The translations under genes were made by a program, and so were the position numbers. A DNA stretch of 64,000 nucleotides from Alkalispirochaeta sp. (GTDB taxonomy: Bacteria; Spirochaetota; Spirochaetia; DSM-27196; Alkalispirochaetaceae): contig OZ271854.1 in NCBI GenBank assembly GCA_965601925.1, positions 320,001-384,000 on the forward strand. Reading direction: 5' to 3'. How positions within the stretch are numbered: position 1 is the stretch's first letter; the number at the start of each line of letters is the position of its first letter. Below are positions 30,326 to 39,074 of this stretch, one piece after another. The notes beneath the pieces were generated by a model, which saw nothing but the letters and a program-made list of their open reading frames with translations, ran no database searches and was not told where the DNA came from.

Positions 30326-31741
30326 ATGGCAGAATCGGAGCGTTTCGAGGAGCAGCTTGCGGAGCTTCTCGAAGCACAAGCCCAACAGATAGAATCCGAG
30401 GTCATCCCGGAGCTTAAGCAGCAATTCCGCCAAATGCGGTCCAGCTTCGAGGCGATCCACAATGTACTGAGGAAGAAGGCTCTCCTCAAAGAGGACCCGT
30501 ACAACTATGAGGAACGAATTTCGGAACTCGATACTCCGTCGGACGATCCCTATCTCGACAGCGAAAAAGATGTACAACTCAGCACGAGACTGTCGCAATA
30601 TCACTCGCGCATCGAATATCTGACCGACTACTACGACTGTTCGATTGAAAATCTCGATCTGGTACGCCTCAAGGCGCTGACGAAGTTCATAAAGTACCTC
30701 AACTGGAGGAATCTTTCGGAAACCGCGACCCAGCCGACGACGCGGGGACTCGCGGAACAGATCATGAAGATCAAGCGATCGAGCGACGCCCTGTCGGTCA
30801 ATATCGTGAACGACGCGCACGAACAGCTCAATCGCGCGTCGGTCAAAATCAACAAGGCATTGAAGAAGATCGCGCGCTACCAACGGGAGTCGTACAAACT
30901 CGCGGTACGCACGACGATTTTGACCGAACCGTCGATACCCGCCGCGCCGGCGCCTGCGGAGATGGACAAGACGGCGCGCAAAATAAAATCGGCTTTTCCG
31001 CGCCTCCTTCCCGGTCGTCCGTTTGCGAGGGAGCTCATTTTCGAGATCTTCAGCGAGAACGCCGCCGACGGTGGAGAAGCGGCGAGACAGAACCTGCTCC
31101 ACGACCTCGCCGTGGAACGGGCGCCGGCGGAGGAAAAGCAGGCCGGGGCCGACCTCAAACCGATACTGCTCGACGCGGCGAAGGCCGTAGCCTCGTGTAG
31201 TCGTCCCTTCGAGGAGGGGGCGCGGAAACTAAGCGATAATGCGCTGGTCGTCGAGAATCGCAAACTCACGTTCGGTGAAATGCTGCGACGTATTTGGGAA
31301 CACATGCGGGGAAGGGATCGCGAAAGCCACGTCTACACCGTCGACTACCTGGATCAATCGACGAATGCGCGCCGAAGCGAGGACATTCATTTCGAAGAGT
31401 TCATCAATCTCGTCTCCCGAAGGGCGCGGATCTATAACGGCATCTTACGCAAGACGGGTAACGCGTGGAACAAGCTTTACGGCTCGTCGGAGGATGTCAT
31501 TCTCAACTTCGTCACCAAGGATATCCAGGACGCGTACGAGATCGTACGGCGCTTTGAGTCGCTGGATACCTTTTTTCGCGCCGAGGTGACTCGCGAGCAG
31601 CGCGCCCAACTTCGCGGGATCAACGTGGAGCTGACGACGATCAAGGACAACCTCGTGCGAGCCCGTAAAAAGGCGCATCAGTACGTCGCCAAGTCCGAGG
31701 AGATCGCACAACTCAAGAAACTGGGCATCACCGGGACGTAG
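30326..31741 (+). CDS. Hypothetical alpha-helical cytoplasmic protein
   Basis: Long ORF; ATG 30326 lies 6 nt after TTGCGG-17-TATCAT; no family recognised. Confidence 0.7.
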   Translation: MAESERFEEQLAELLEAQAQQIESEVIPELKQQFRQMRSSFEAIHNVLRKKALLKEDPYNYEERISELDTPSDDPYLDSEKDVQLSTRLSQYHSRIEYLTDYYDCSIENLDLVRLKALTKFIKYLNWRNLSETATQPTTRGLAEQIMKIKRSSDALSVNIVNDAHEQLNRASVKINKALKKIARYQRESYKLAVRTTILTEPSIPAAPAPAEMDKTARKIKSAFPRLLPGRPFARELIFEIFSENAADGGEAARQNLLHDLAVERAPAEEKQAGADLKPILLDAAKAVASCSRPFEEGARKLSDNALVVENRKLTFGEMLRRIWEHMRGRDRESHVYTVDYLDQSTNARRSEDIHFEEFINLVSRRARIYNGILRKTGNAWNKLYGSSEDVILNFVTKDIQDAYEIVRRFESLDTFFRAEVTREQRAQLRGINVELTTIKDNLVRARKKAHQYVAKSEEIAQLKKLGITGT

Positions 31742-31857
31742 CGGGCACGGCTCCCTCAGTGCGTCGCCAAGTCGATCCGTCGTCGCTCGGCAAGGCGATA
31801 TGTCGTGAACACCTCGGCAAAGTGTCGCCGCAGAAGACCGTCCATCGTTCCGTCTGC
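31266..31857 (+). repeat. Direct duplication, left copy (3' part of the 30326 gene plus 3' tip of the convergent SBP gene)
   Basis: Near-identical to 35283-35665 by manual alignment. Confidence 0.92.
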
Positions 31858-32617
31858 GGTGCGGTGGCTCCTTGAGGTGGCGGTACATGTATCGCGTCAC
31901 CTATGTTTGCCTCGAAGAGGCGCACAATATCGTCACTGATATCGTTCGTGATTTGATGGTCGATGCCGGTAAATCCAATTCATCGTACATCTCTTGCGGG
32001 TTTATACTCGTTCGTCCTCATTGTACGTATCGCCGTCGGGAAGCGTATCATCGTCGTCTCATCGGGACTCGCCCTTTAATGACGATTCTATCTTCCGCGA
32101 GCAGCGTGTGCGCGTGTTCGATCATTGCAATGAGTTGTAGATCAATCCGTTCCGCGATACTTCCGGGGTAACTGCGAACGATTCTTCGACCGGCACTCGC
32201 GGCATGGCAAGAATGACGATCGTCGACAAATCCCGTATTGTCGGGTTACACCATAGCCGGCTCTCCTCACCCGGTTTGAGCGCCTTGCGAGATAAACAGA
32301 TGATACTCGAACCGGAACCCTATGGATGGTTGCCCCGCAACCTCAATGAACAGCGGTTGGTCCGTGGGAATCTCGCGTAGATTCAAGAGCTGTTCCGCGG
32401 TCTCTATCCGGACGATTCAACGTCTTAAGACGCGATTGGATATGCAACCGGCGAGGCGTACTGCCAAGACGGGACACGACAACGTTTATCGAAGTATTTT
32501 TTACAACGAGGCCCCCAAATTGATAATCCGTTTATTGCCTATCATGAGATTTTCCGATTGGTACCCGGAGTTCGATCAACGTCGATACGGTATCGGTGGC
32601 CTCTCTGTAAACAATAC

Positions 32618-32648
32618 TTGACAACTGGGCGTTCTCGTATGATCATAC
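32618..32648 (+). promoter_or_regulatory. Putative promoter of the peptide gene with an overlapping palindrome
   Basis: TTGACA at 32618; perfect palindrome GTATGATCATAC at 32637-32648 over the -10 region; AT-rich sequence follows. Confidence 0.5.
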
Positions 32649-32722
32649 CATCGATACGAAAAAGTTAAGGTATATACTAAAAATATTCGGTAATATCTAT
32701 GTATCAATGCAGGAGGTTTCAG

Positions 32723-32869
32723 ATGAAGTGGCAAGGTTACAATGAGAAAGCGGCCGAGCGGATGAATGGATTTGTCGTCAGGATTATAAACAGTCGATCG
32801 ATCCTCGTCCTGATCGCATTGGCGGCGATGGTGGTGGTCGCTGCGGCAACCAACAAGTGGGGCGGTTAA
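32723..32869 (+). CDS. Small 48-aa peptide, putative signalling-peptide precursor (MKWQGYNEKAAERMNGFVVRIINSRSILVLIALAAMVVVAAATNKWGG)
   Basis: AGGAGG RBS at 32711-32716, 6 nt before the ATG; hydrophobic core and short polar tail; below the ORF-track size cutoff. Confidence 0.75.
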   Translation: MKWQGYNEKAAERMNGFVVRIINSRSILVLIALAAMVVVAAATNKWGG

Positions 32870-33049
32870 TCATCCGATTCCGGATTCGTTAGTTCGTTCA
32901 CGACCAATAATCAATCTCGTTGCGTGATATACGTATCCCGTGGGTGTTGTTCGGCGTGTTTTTGGTGTTCGCTTAGCCCATAGGCGCAGGACCGTCGACC
33001 AGCCACCTCATTCTGTTCGTCGCGGAGGAATGCGTGTTATTATCCCGCA

Positions 33050-34333
33050 ATGAGCAGATGGGCGCGCATCTATATCGCCGCCGTGTGTTTCGGCAGCCTT
33101 GTAATACTCACTACCGGATCGATCGATCTCGATCTGAGACAAAATCTCGTGCCGATCATGCTTCTTACGGCGGCTTCGTTCCTCACTCAGGTTTACGAGC
33201 TTGAGATACTGCCCAAGTATCTATTCTCAACTCATATTGCGATAGCGACGACGGCGGCGTTCATCGGTGGAATGCCTCTTGCGATATGGGTCGTGGTTTT
33301 GTCCACGCTACCGGCGGAGATCCTCTTACGGTGGGACCATATCAATAGCAGCTTCGGCCGGTTTACCGCACCGGTCTTGTTCAACACCGGACAGGTGATC
33401 TTGAGCGTCGCCGCTGCAGCTACCGTTTTCGATGCGATGATCGATCTCATCCCGGCCGTAAATCATTCCTATTATGCGATGATTGCGTCCTTTCTGGCTT
33501 ACTTCTTCGCCAACAACTTCCTGGTTGCCGGTGTCATCGCATTGACCTCAGACGAACGATTTTTCAAGATCCTTCATTCCGGATTCAAGAATCTTTATTT
33601 GCAATTCCTCAACCTGGGAGTCTTGTCAATCCTTATGACTACCCTCTACAAGGTCTCTCCGGTAAACCTCGCGTTGGCCCTTGCTCCCCTCGCACTCGTA
33701 CACCACTCGACCCGCAACTACCTTCGGCTACGCCGTGAATCGCACCAAGCGTTCAAACGGATCACCGAGCTGTTGGCCGAACGGGATGAGTACACCGGTG
33801 CGCATTCCGACGAGGTGGAGGAGTTGGCGGTCAAGCTCGCGGGGGCGGCAGGGCTCACCGACGACGCGATCGAGGCTGTGCGAGCCGGCGCCGCCATTCA
33901 CGATATCGGTAAGATCGCGATACCCGACGCAATACTGAAAAAACAGGGTCCCCTCGATACTGAGGAGTTTGAGACGATGAAGCGACACACGATCATCGGC
34001 GCCGAAATCATCAAGGATCTCGATATCTACCGGAGCGTCGTGCCGATCGTTCGGCACGAACACGAACACTGGGACGGATCGGGCTATCCGGACGGGTTGG
34101 TTCGGGAGGCTATTCCGATCGGGGCGCGCATCGTCGCGGTTGCCGATGTGTACAGCGCGCTAAGGACCGAGCGAGCGTACCGACCTCCGCAAGGCAAACC
34201 GTTGAAGTACACACACAAAGAGGCGTGTCGCATACTGTCTGAGATGGCCGGAACGGTATTGGATCCACACTTCGTCGAGGTATTCCTTCGCGTCGTCGGT
34301 AACATGGTTCACGAAGAGACGGCGGGGGACTGA
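33050..34333 (+). CDS. Membrane-bound HD-GYP cyclic-dinucleotide phosphodiesterase with multi-TM sensor domain
   Basis: Several predicted TM helices in the first ~220 aa, then RDEYTGAHS, IHDIGK, HEHWDGSGYPDGL and ARIVAVAD. Confidence 0.9.
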   Translation: MSRWARIYIAAVCFGSLVILTTGSIDLDLRQNLVPIMLLTAASFLTQVYELEILPKYLFSTHIAIATTAAFIGGMPLAIWVVVLSTLPAEILLRWDHINSSFGRFTAPVLFNTGQVILSVAAAATVFDAMIDLIPAVNHSYYAMIASFLAYFFANNFLVAGVIALTSDERFFKILHSGFKNLYLQFLNLGVLSILMTTLYKVSPVNLALALAPLALVHHSTRNYLRLRRESHQAFKRITELLAERDEYTGAHSDEVEELAVKLAGAAGLTDDAIEAVRAGAAIHDIGKIAIPDAILKKQGPLDTEEFETMKRHTIIGAEIIKDLDIYRSVVPIVRHEHEHWDGSGYPDGLVREAIPIGARIVAVADVYSALRTERAYRPPQGKPLKYTHKEACRILSEMAGTVLDPHFVEVFLRVVGNMVHEETAGD

Positions 34334-34335
34334 TA

Positions 34336-34914
34336 GTGATCGCATTGTGGGGAATTGTTTTCGGGCTGTTGATCGGATTCATTCGCGGGGGAAAACTCAA
34401 TAATCTCGGAGCTACTCGGTTACGGGGACTCTCTATCGTCTTCGTGGCCCTTGCCGTTCAGCTCCTCATCTTCCCTACGCCGTGGTGGCCCGAACCACCG
34501 GTGTCGCGGGCGACGGGTGCATTGCACCTTGGTTCCTACGCTCTGATGGTGACGTTCCTCATATTGAACCGTCGGTATACTCCCTTCTGGGGTGTTGCCC
34601 TCGGTATGGCGATGAATCTTACCGTGATAGCGGTAAACGGCGGTTACATGCCCGCGGATTTAGACGCTTTGAGAGCCACCGGACAGTTGGGGACGGTTCG
34701 CAAGATTCTGGCGTCCGTCGATCAGACCTACGGTAACGTGGTCGCGATGAGCGAAGCGACGCGTTTGAATTTTCTCGGCGATTGGTTGGTGGTTCCCCCC
34801 TGGGTGCCATTTGCCGCGAGCTTCAGCCTGGGAGACGCAGTGTTGATGGTTAGCGCTGCTTGGCTCGTCCAAGCACTTATGTCTGATCGAGAACGACGGA
34901 ACGACGACGGTTGA
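34336..34914 (+). CDS. DUF5317 family membrane protein (LspA-like aspartyl peptidase by inference)
   Basis: G..RGG.L..L, Q, SY, N..VI..NGG.MP, L.FLGD and FS.GD motifs; starts 2 nt after the HD-GYP stop. Confidence 0.8.
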   Translation: MIALWGIVFGLLIGFIRGGKLNNLGATRLRGLSIVFVALAVQLLIFPTPWWPEPPVSRATGALHLGSYALMVTFLILNRRYTPFWGVALGMAMNLTVIAVNGGYMPADLDALRATGQLGTVRKILASVDQTYGNVVAMSEATRLNFLGDWLVVPPWVPFAASFSLGDAVLMVSAAWLVQALMSDRERRNDDG

Positions 34915-35029
34915 TGATGGGCCTTGTCCGCACGCATCAATAGATAATCACGTCACGGCGATTGACTCTTCCGTAGCGGGGTCCCACAGCGTTCGTATCG
35001 AGTTCCGTTTTCTCGATGCTCGGGCAGCG

Positions 35030-35282
35030 GCGCCGCAGCGTATCCAGGTTCACTACCGAGAGTACCAGGCCCTGGCGGTCTCCGACGTGTCTCGCCGCTT
35101 CGCCATAATCCGCGACGGTGAATAGCGCGTCTTCCCCCGTCCAAAGACGCCCTCGATCGGGTTTCGCGCATGCTGATCGTTACGAGCCTGATAGCGTTCG
35201 GCCCGCGTCGGATAACTTCTTCGGCCCGCCCCCAAAGGCGGTCCGCCAAGCCGTGTGCCGCGTGTTGTGCAATACCGTGCCG
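35030..35282 (-). pseudogene. IS5-family transposase C-terminal remnant
   Basis: Frameshifted RLGGPPLG...RNPIEGVFGRGKTRY...IMAKRRDTSETA...GLVLSVVNL resembles the IS5 DDE C-terminus; truncated where the duplication begins. Confidence 0.75.
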
Positions 35283-35665
35283 TCACGGTCGGTGATACGC
35301 CGCGACGTATTTGGAAACACATGCGGGGAAAGGATCGCGAAAGCCACGTCTACACCGTCGACTACCTGGATCAATCGACGAATGCGCGCCGAAGCGACTC
35401 GCGAGCAGCGAGCCCAACTTCGCGGGATCAACGTGGAGCTGACGACGATCAAGGACAACCTCGTGCGAGCCCGTAAAAAGGCGCATCAGTACGTCGCCAA
35501 GTCCGAGGAGATCGCACAACTCAAGAAACTGGGCATCACCGGGACGTAGCGGGCACGGCTCCCTTAGTGCGTCGCCAAGTCGATCCGTCGTCGCTCGGCA
35601 AGGCGATATGTCGTGAACACCTCGGCAAAGTGTCGCCGCAGAAGACGATCCATCGTTCCGTCCGC
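35283..35665 (+). repeat. Direct duplication, right copy (pseudogene fragment with a 209-bp internal deletion, plus the intact SBP 3' end)
   Basis: 35283-35397 matches 31266-31380 and 35398-35665 matches 31590-31857. Confidence 0.92.
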
Positions 35666-36382
35666 CGCGACCGCATGCAAGCCCCGTTCTATGGCTTGAA
35701 TGACGCAGGGCGAAACCTGGGGAGAAAAGTAGAACCGGAAATCGCGCGCGTATACCAAAAGCAGATTCGGCTCCACCTCGAGGTGGGGATAGTGCGGTGC
35801 CTCGGAAATCACCTCGGCGATGCCGCGCGGAAAATAGTCGATTCCGCGACCGCGATTGGCAACCATACCGAAGATATTGCGCGAGTCGGCCACCTCTACC
35901 ACGGAGAGACCGTTGACGTTCCATACCTGGGCGTCGTACCAGCCTTCACCTACGCCGGCCACAGCGTCGAGCGCTACGAGGTCGGCCACGGAACGGACGT
36001 CGCGATACCGCGCCGACTCGCCGCGCGGTATCAAAAACACGCGATGTCCGATCAAATTGTTGGTGACCGGCGCGTTAGCGACGCGATACGTACCGTTTCG
36101 CTCGACCGTCTCGACGTACCAATCGACGTCGATCAGATGGCCGGCTTCGAGTGCCGCCTGGCGCCGTAGCTGCGGAATATCGGGGATCGATTCGATCTCC
36201 AGACGAAGTCCCGCACGATCGGCCGCCGCGATGAGCAGTTCGTGATAATACCGATGGCCTTGATCCTCCGCACTCGGTACGCGCAGGGAGATCTGCGACT
36301 GAGCGTCCGTAACGGTGGCGAACAACATTAGTATAGCCCCCAATAGCGTGAGCCGATTGGGGACGACTCGAGATGCATGCAT
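35564..36382 (-). CDS. Periplasmic substrate-binding-fold protein
   Basis: Signal peptide followed by GEGWYD, GIDYFPRG and FYFS motifs typical of stand-alone SBP-like sensor partners. Confidence 0.75.
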   Translation of the reverse strand: MHASRVVPNRLTLLGAILMLFATVTDAQSQISLRVPSAEDQGHRYYHELLIAAADRAGLRLEIESIPDIPQLRRQAALEAGHLIDVDWYVETVERNGTYRVANAPVTNNLIGHRVFLIPRGESARYRDVRSVADLVALDAVAGVGEGWYDAQVWNVNGLSVVEVADSRNIFGMVANRGRGIDYFPRGIAEVISEAPHYPHLEVEPNLLLVYARDFRFYFSPQVSPCVIQAIERGLHAVAADGTMDRLLRRHFAEVFTTYRLAERRRIDLATH

Positions 36383-36509
36383 AAAGACGAATCCCCCATG
36401 AGAAGTGGTGACACTATCCTGTGTCGGATGGGCACGGGCCCGTAGTGTGCTCGCGCGCCGTTCGGACCGGATTGACGCCGCCGCACGGAATGGTACCACC
36501 GGCGGGACG

Positions 36510-38486
36510 TCATGGGCAGCCCACCGTCTGGTCGCGCGCCAACGCATCCAAGCAACGATCGAGCGTGTCGGGGCGATGGAGGTGATAGCCCTGGCCGAGC
36601 TCAAAACCGGCCTCCAGAACGAGCTGAACGTGTTCGCGCGATTCGATTCCCTCGGCGAGGGCGGGTATACGCAACGCGCGCGCCAAGCCGGCGATCGACT
36701 TCAACACATGCTTGGACGCCCAGTTGTCGGCGGCGCCGGACACGAAGTGGCGGTCGATTTTGATCATACCGAAGCGATAATCATTGAGCCTCCGGAGCGT
36801 CGAAGAGCCGGCCCCGAAGTCGTCTATAACGATAAGAAAGCCGAGTTCCTGTAACGCCCGTACGGCGGCGACGTAGGCGGTGGAGTCGTTCCCGACCGAT
36901 GTCTCGGTCAGTTCGAACCGCAAGCGCCGCGGTAACTCGGGTCGCTCCGCGATAAGCGCACGAATGTCGTCGACGAGACGCTCGCTCAACAACTGGACGG
37001 GACTGAGATTGACGTTGACGAAGACACCGCCGTCGGTTCGTGCCGCGTCGATTCGCGTGATCGCATCCGCCGCCTGCCGTACCGCCCACCACCCGAGGTT
37101 TAGGATCTCACCGTTCTCCTCAGCAATGGGGATAAACACCGACGGCGGAATCATTCCCAACTCGGGGTGGGACCAGCGCACCAACAATTCATATCCCACG
37201 ACGCGCCTGACGCGCAGATCGACGATCGCTTGATAGTGCGCCGACAGCTGGCTTCGATAATCCGTTCCGGACATCGCCTGCTCCAGCGCGGTCCGCAGGG
37301 AGTGCTCGTGCCGCGCGGCGTCGTCATACTCCGCTACGGCCGAGCCGTGGGGCATCCGTACGGTGGCGCGAAGCCCGGCGTCGGCCCGTTTGCGCGCCTC
37401 GTTAACCTCCATGTCGATCGGAAACGAGGCGACGGCGGCGCGAACCCGAATACGAAACGCGCCGGTACGAAGATGGATCGGTCGCTCCATCACTTCGATA
37501 AGTCGCGCCGCTCGGGCCCGCGCAGCCGTGAGACCATCCAACTGGGCGACGGCGAAGAACTTAAAACCGTATCCGCGTACCAAAACGGCGCACGAGGAGC
37601 CGAGATTGGTGCGCGCGCGGGCCGCGAGCACACGCAACAACTCGTCGATCAAGTGTGTGTCGAGGAGCGAAACGAGTTCCGCCACGTGTTCGACCGACAG
37701 GGCGATCATGAATCTCGAGTGCCGGGGATGAGCCTTGCTCTCCGCCGCCGGTACCGGAACCTCCTCGTTCAGCGCTCGCAACAGCGGCAATCCGGTCGCA
37801 TAGTCATAGTATGCTTGATACCGCAGTCGACTCTGATCGAGCTGGAGGGAGCGCAACTCGCGCATGAGCCGTACACGATTGCCGCGACGATCAACCCCGT
37901 TCATGATCTCCATGAGTACCGCCAGCAACCCGACGATCAGAACCAACTGGCCGACGTAGAGCAATACGCTACCGACGATCGCTCGACCTACCGCGTCTTC
38001 AATGGAGGAACGATTCAACAGCACCGTGGCGTGTCCTATCGTCCGGTCCTGCCAATAGATCGGGGCGCGATACACGAACTGAGCCAGCCGCCGATCGGCT
38101 ATCCAACTCGGGCGAGCGATCGGGTTGCCGCCGGACGAAAAGAATATCCGCACCCCCTCGGAGTCGTAGGTCGCGGTAATGCGGCCGTTTTCGGACACCA
38201 CGGCACGCTCGATCTCACGGAGATTCTCCATGGCCGCCACCGCCCGCCGCATACCCTCATCGGACAGCGTCCAGAGAGGCTCGGCGACCGCAGCGGCCAG
38301 TGCACGCGCGAGCCGATCTCCGGCTGCGTGCAACTCCGCCCGCTGCCGCCGAACGGAGATGATGCCGAACAACACGATCGCGACCAATGCCCCCAACGCT
38401 ACAACGATGACGTGCGGCCGCATCGTCGACAACGCCGAGGTACGCGCCTCAGTCGAAACGTCTATTCGCTTCATCATCGGCTTCAT
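36510..38486 (-). CDS. Membrane EAL-domain c-di-GMP phosphodiesterase with degenerate GGDEF domain
   Basis: Two TM helices; degenerate GGDEF (RGYGFKF); ELLVRW, FIPIAE, NLSP, ELTE, DDFGAG, IKID, EGIE and QGY motifs. Confidence 0.85.
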   Translation of the reverse strand: MKPMMKRIDVSTEARTSALSTMRPHVIVVALGALVAIVLFGIISVRRQRAELHAAGDRLARALAAAVAEPLWTLSDEGMRRAVAAMENLREIERAVVSENGRITATYDSEGVRIFFSSGGNPIARPSWIADRRLAQFVYRAPIYWQDRTIGHATVLLNRSSIEDAVGRAIVGSVLLYVGQLVLIVGLLAVLMEIMNGVDRRGNRVRLMRELRSLQLDQSRLRYQAYYDYATGLPLLRALNEEVPVPAAESKAHPRHSRFMIALSVEHVAELVSLLDTHLIDELLRVLAARARTNLGSSCAVLVRGYGFKFFAVAQLDGLTAARARAARLIEVMERPIHLRTGAFRIRVRAAVASFPIDMEVNEARKRADAGLRATVRMPHGSAVAEYDDAARHEHSLRTALEQAMSGTDYRSQLSAHYQAIVDLRVRRVVGYELLVRWSHPELGMIPPSVFIPIAEENGEILNLGWWAVRQAADAITRIDAARTDGGVFVNVNLSPVQLLSERLVDDIRALIAERPELPRRLRFELTETSVGNDSTAYVAAVRALQELGFLIVIDDFGAGSSTLRRLNDYRFGMIKIDRHFVSGAADNWASKHVLKSIAGLARALRIPALAEGIESREHVQLVLEAGFELGQGYHLHRPDTLDRCLDALARDQTVGCP

Positions 38487-39074
38487 CGGTGTACCGTAAG
38501 TCGATAGACAACGTCGGCGGCGTCCGACAGTCACTACACCGATCGGCGTGTGATATCAAGCTCACCGGCGTAGTCGGTAGATTTGCTCTTATTTCGATTA
38601 TCGTTTCCCTCGTCATCGCCGCCGTATCCGTGACGATTCGAAGCGCGGCGACATCTGAGAGCGCCCGCTCACGATCGTCTACCGCCCCGCTGCGTAACGA
38701 GGATGTACCGTTGTGTCGCAATACCTATACCCCTCCGGTCCGGCAATGCGCGGACTACGCTCATAATTCGCCGGTCGGCAGTGCTCCGTCGATCCGTGCA
38801 TCTGCGCCGAAGCATACAATACGAGGGTTCCGTACGATCGCCTGTAACTGTCTTGCCGGAAATTTGTCGGTACTTGCTCCGGCGCGTGCGTAGCAAAGCT
38901 CCGTATTGCACTGCGTAGGTATCGCGACGGTTTGCTCGTCGGTTCCGGTTGCGATACTATTACAGAAGGTCGGGCCGCGGTCTTCTCCTCCGATGACGGC
39001 AATATTAGAGCAGGGAGACACGAGAGGGTCTCGCTCGACACACTGCGTATCGGCACACGCCGATCTTTTTCGGG

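Noticed and set aside
31872..32330. Short ORFs at the left end of the insert
   Set aside because: No recognisable motifs on either strand; probably decayed sequence.
32870..33049. Possible structured RNA element between the peptide and HD-GYP genes
   Set aside because: No convincing hairpin or terminator seen by eye. The GGAGG at 33024 precedes only out-of-frame starts. Comparative data would be needed.
35118..35549. 143-aa ORF sharing its C-terminus with the 30326 protein
   Set aside because: Chimera of the IS remnant antisense strand and the deleted duplicate; treated as a pseudogene fragment.
38860..38945. Possible c-di-GMP-I (GEMM) riboswitch on the minus strand upstream of the EAL gene (GCAAACCGTCGCGA...ACGCAGTGC...TACCGA)
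   Set aside because: The P2 stem does not close (CCGTC has no partner) and the GCAAA/CUAA motifs are not intact. An Infernal search would settle it.
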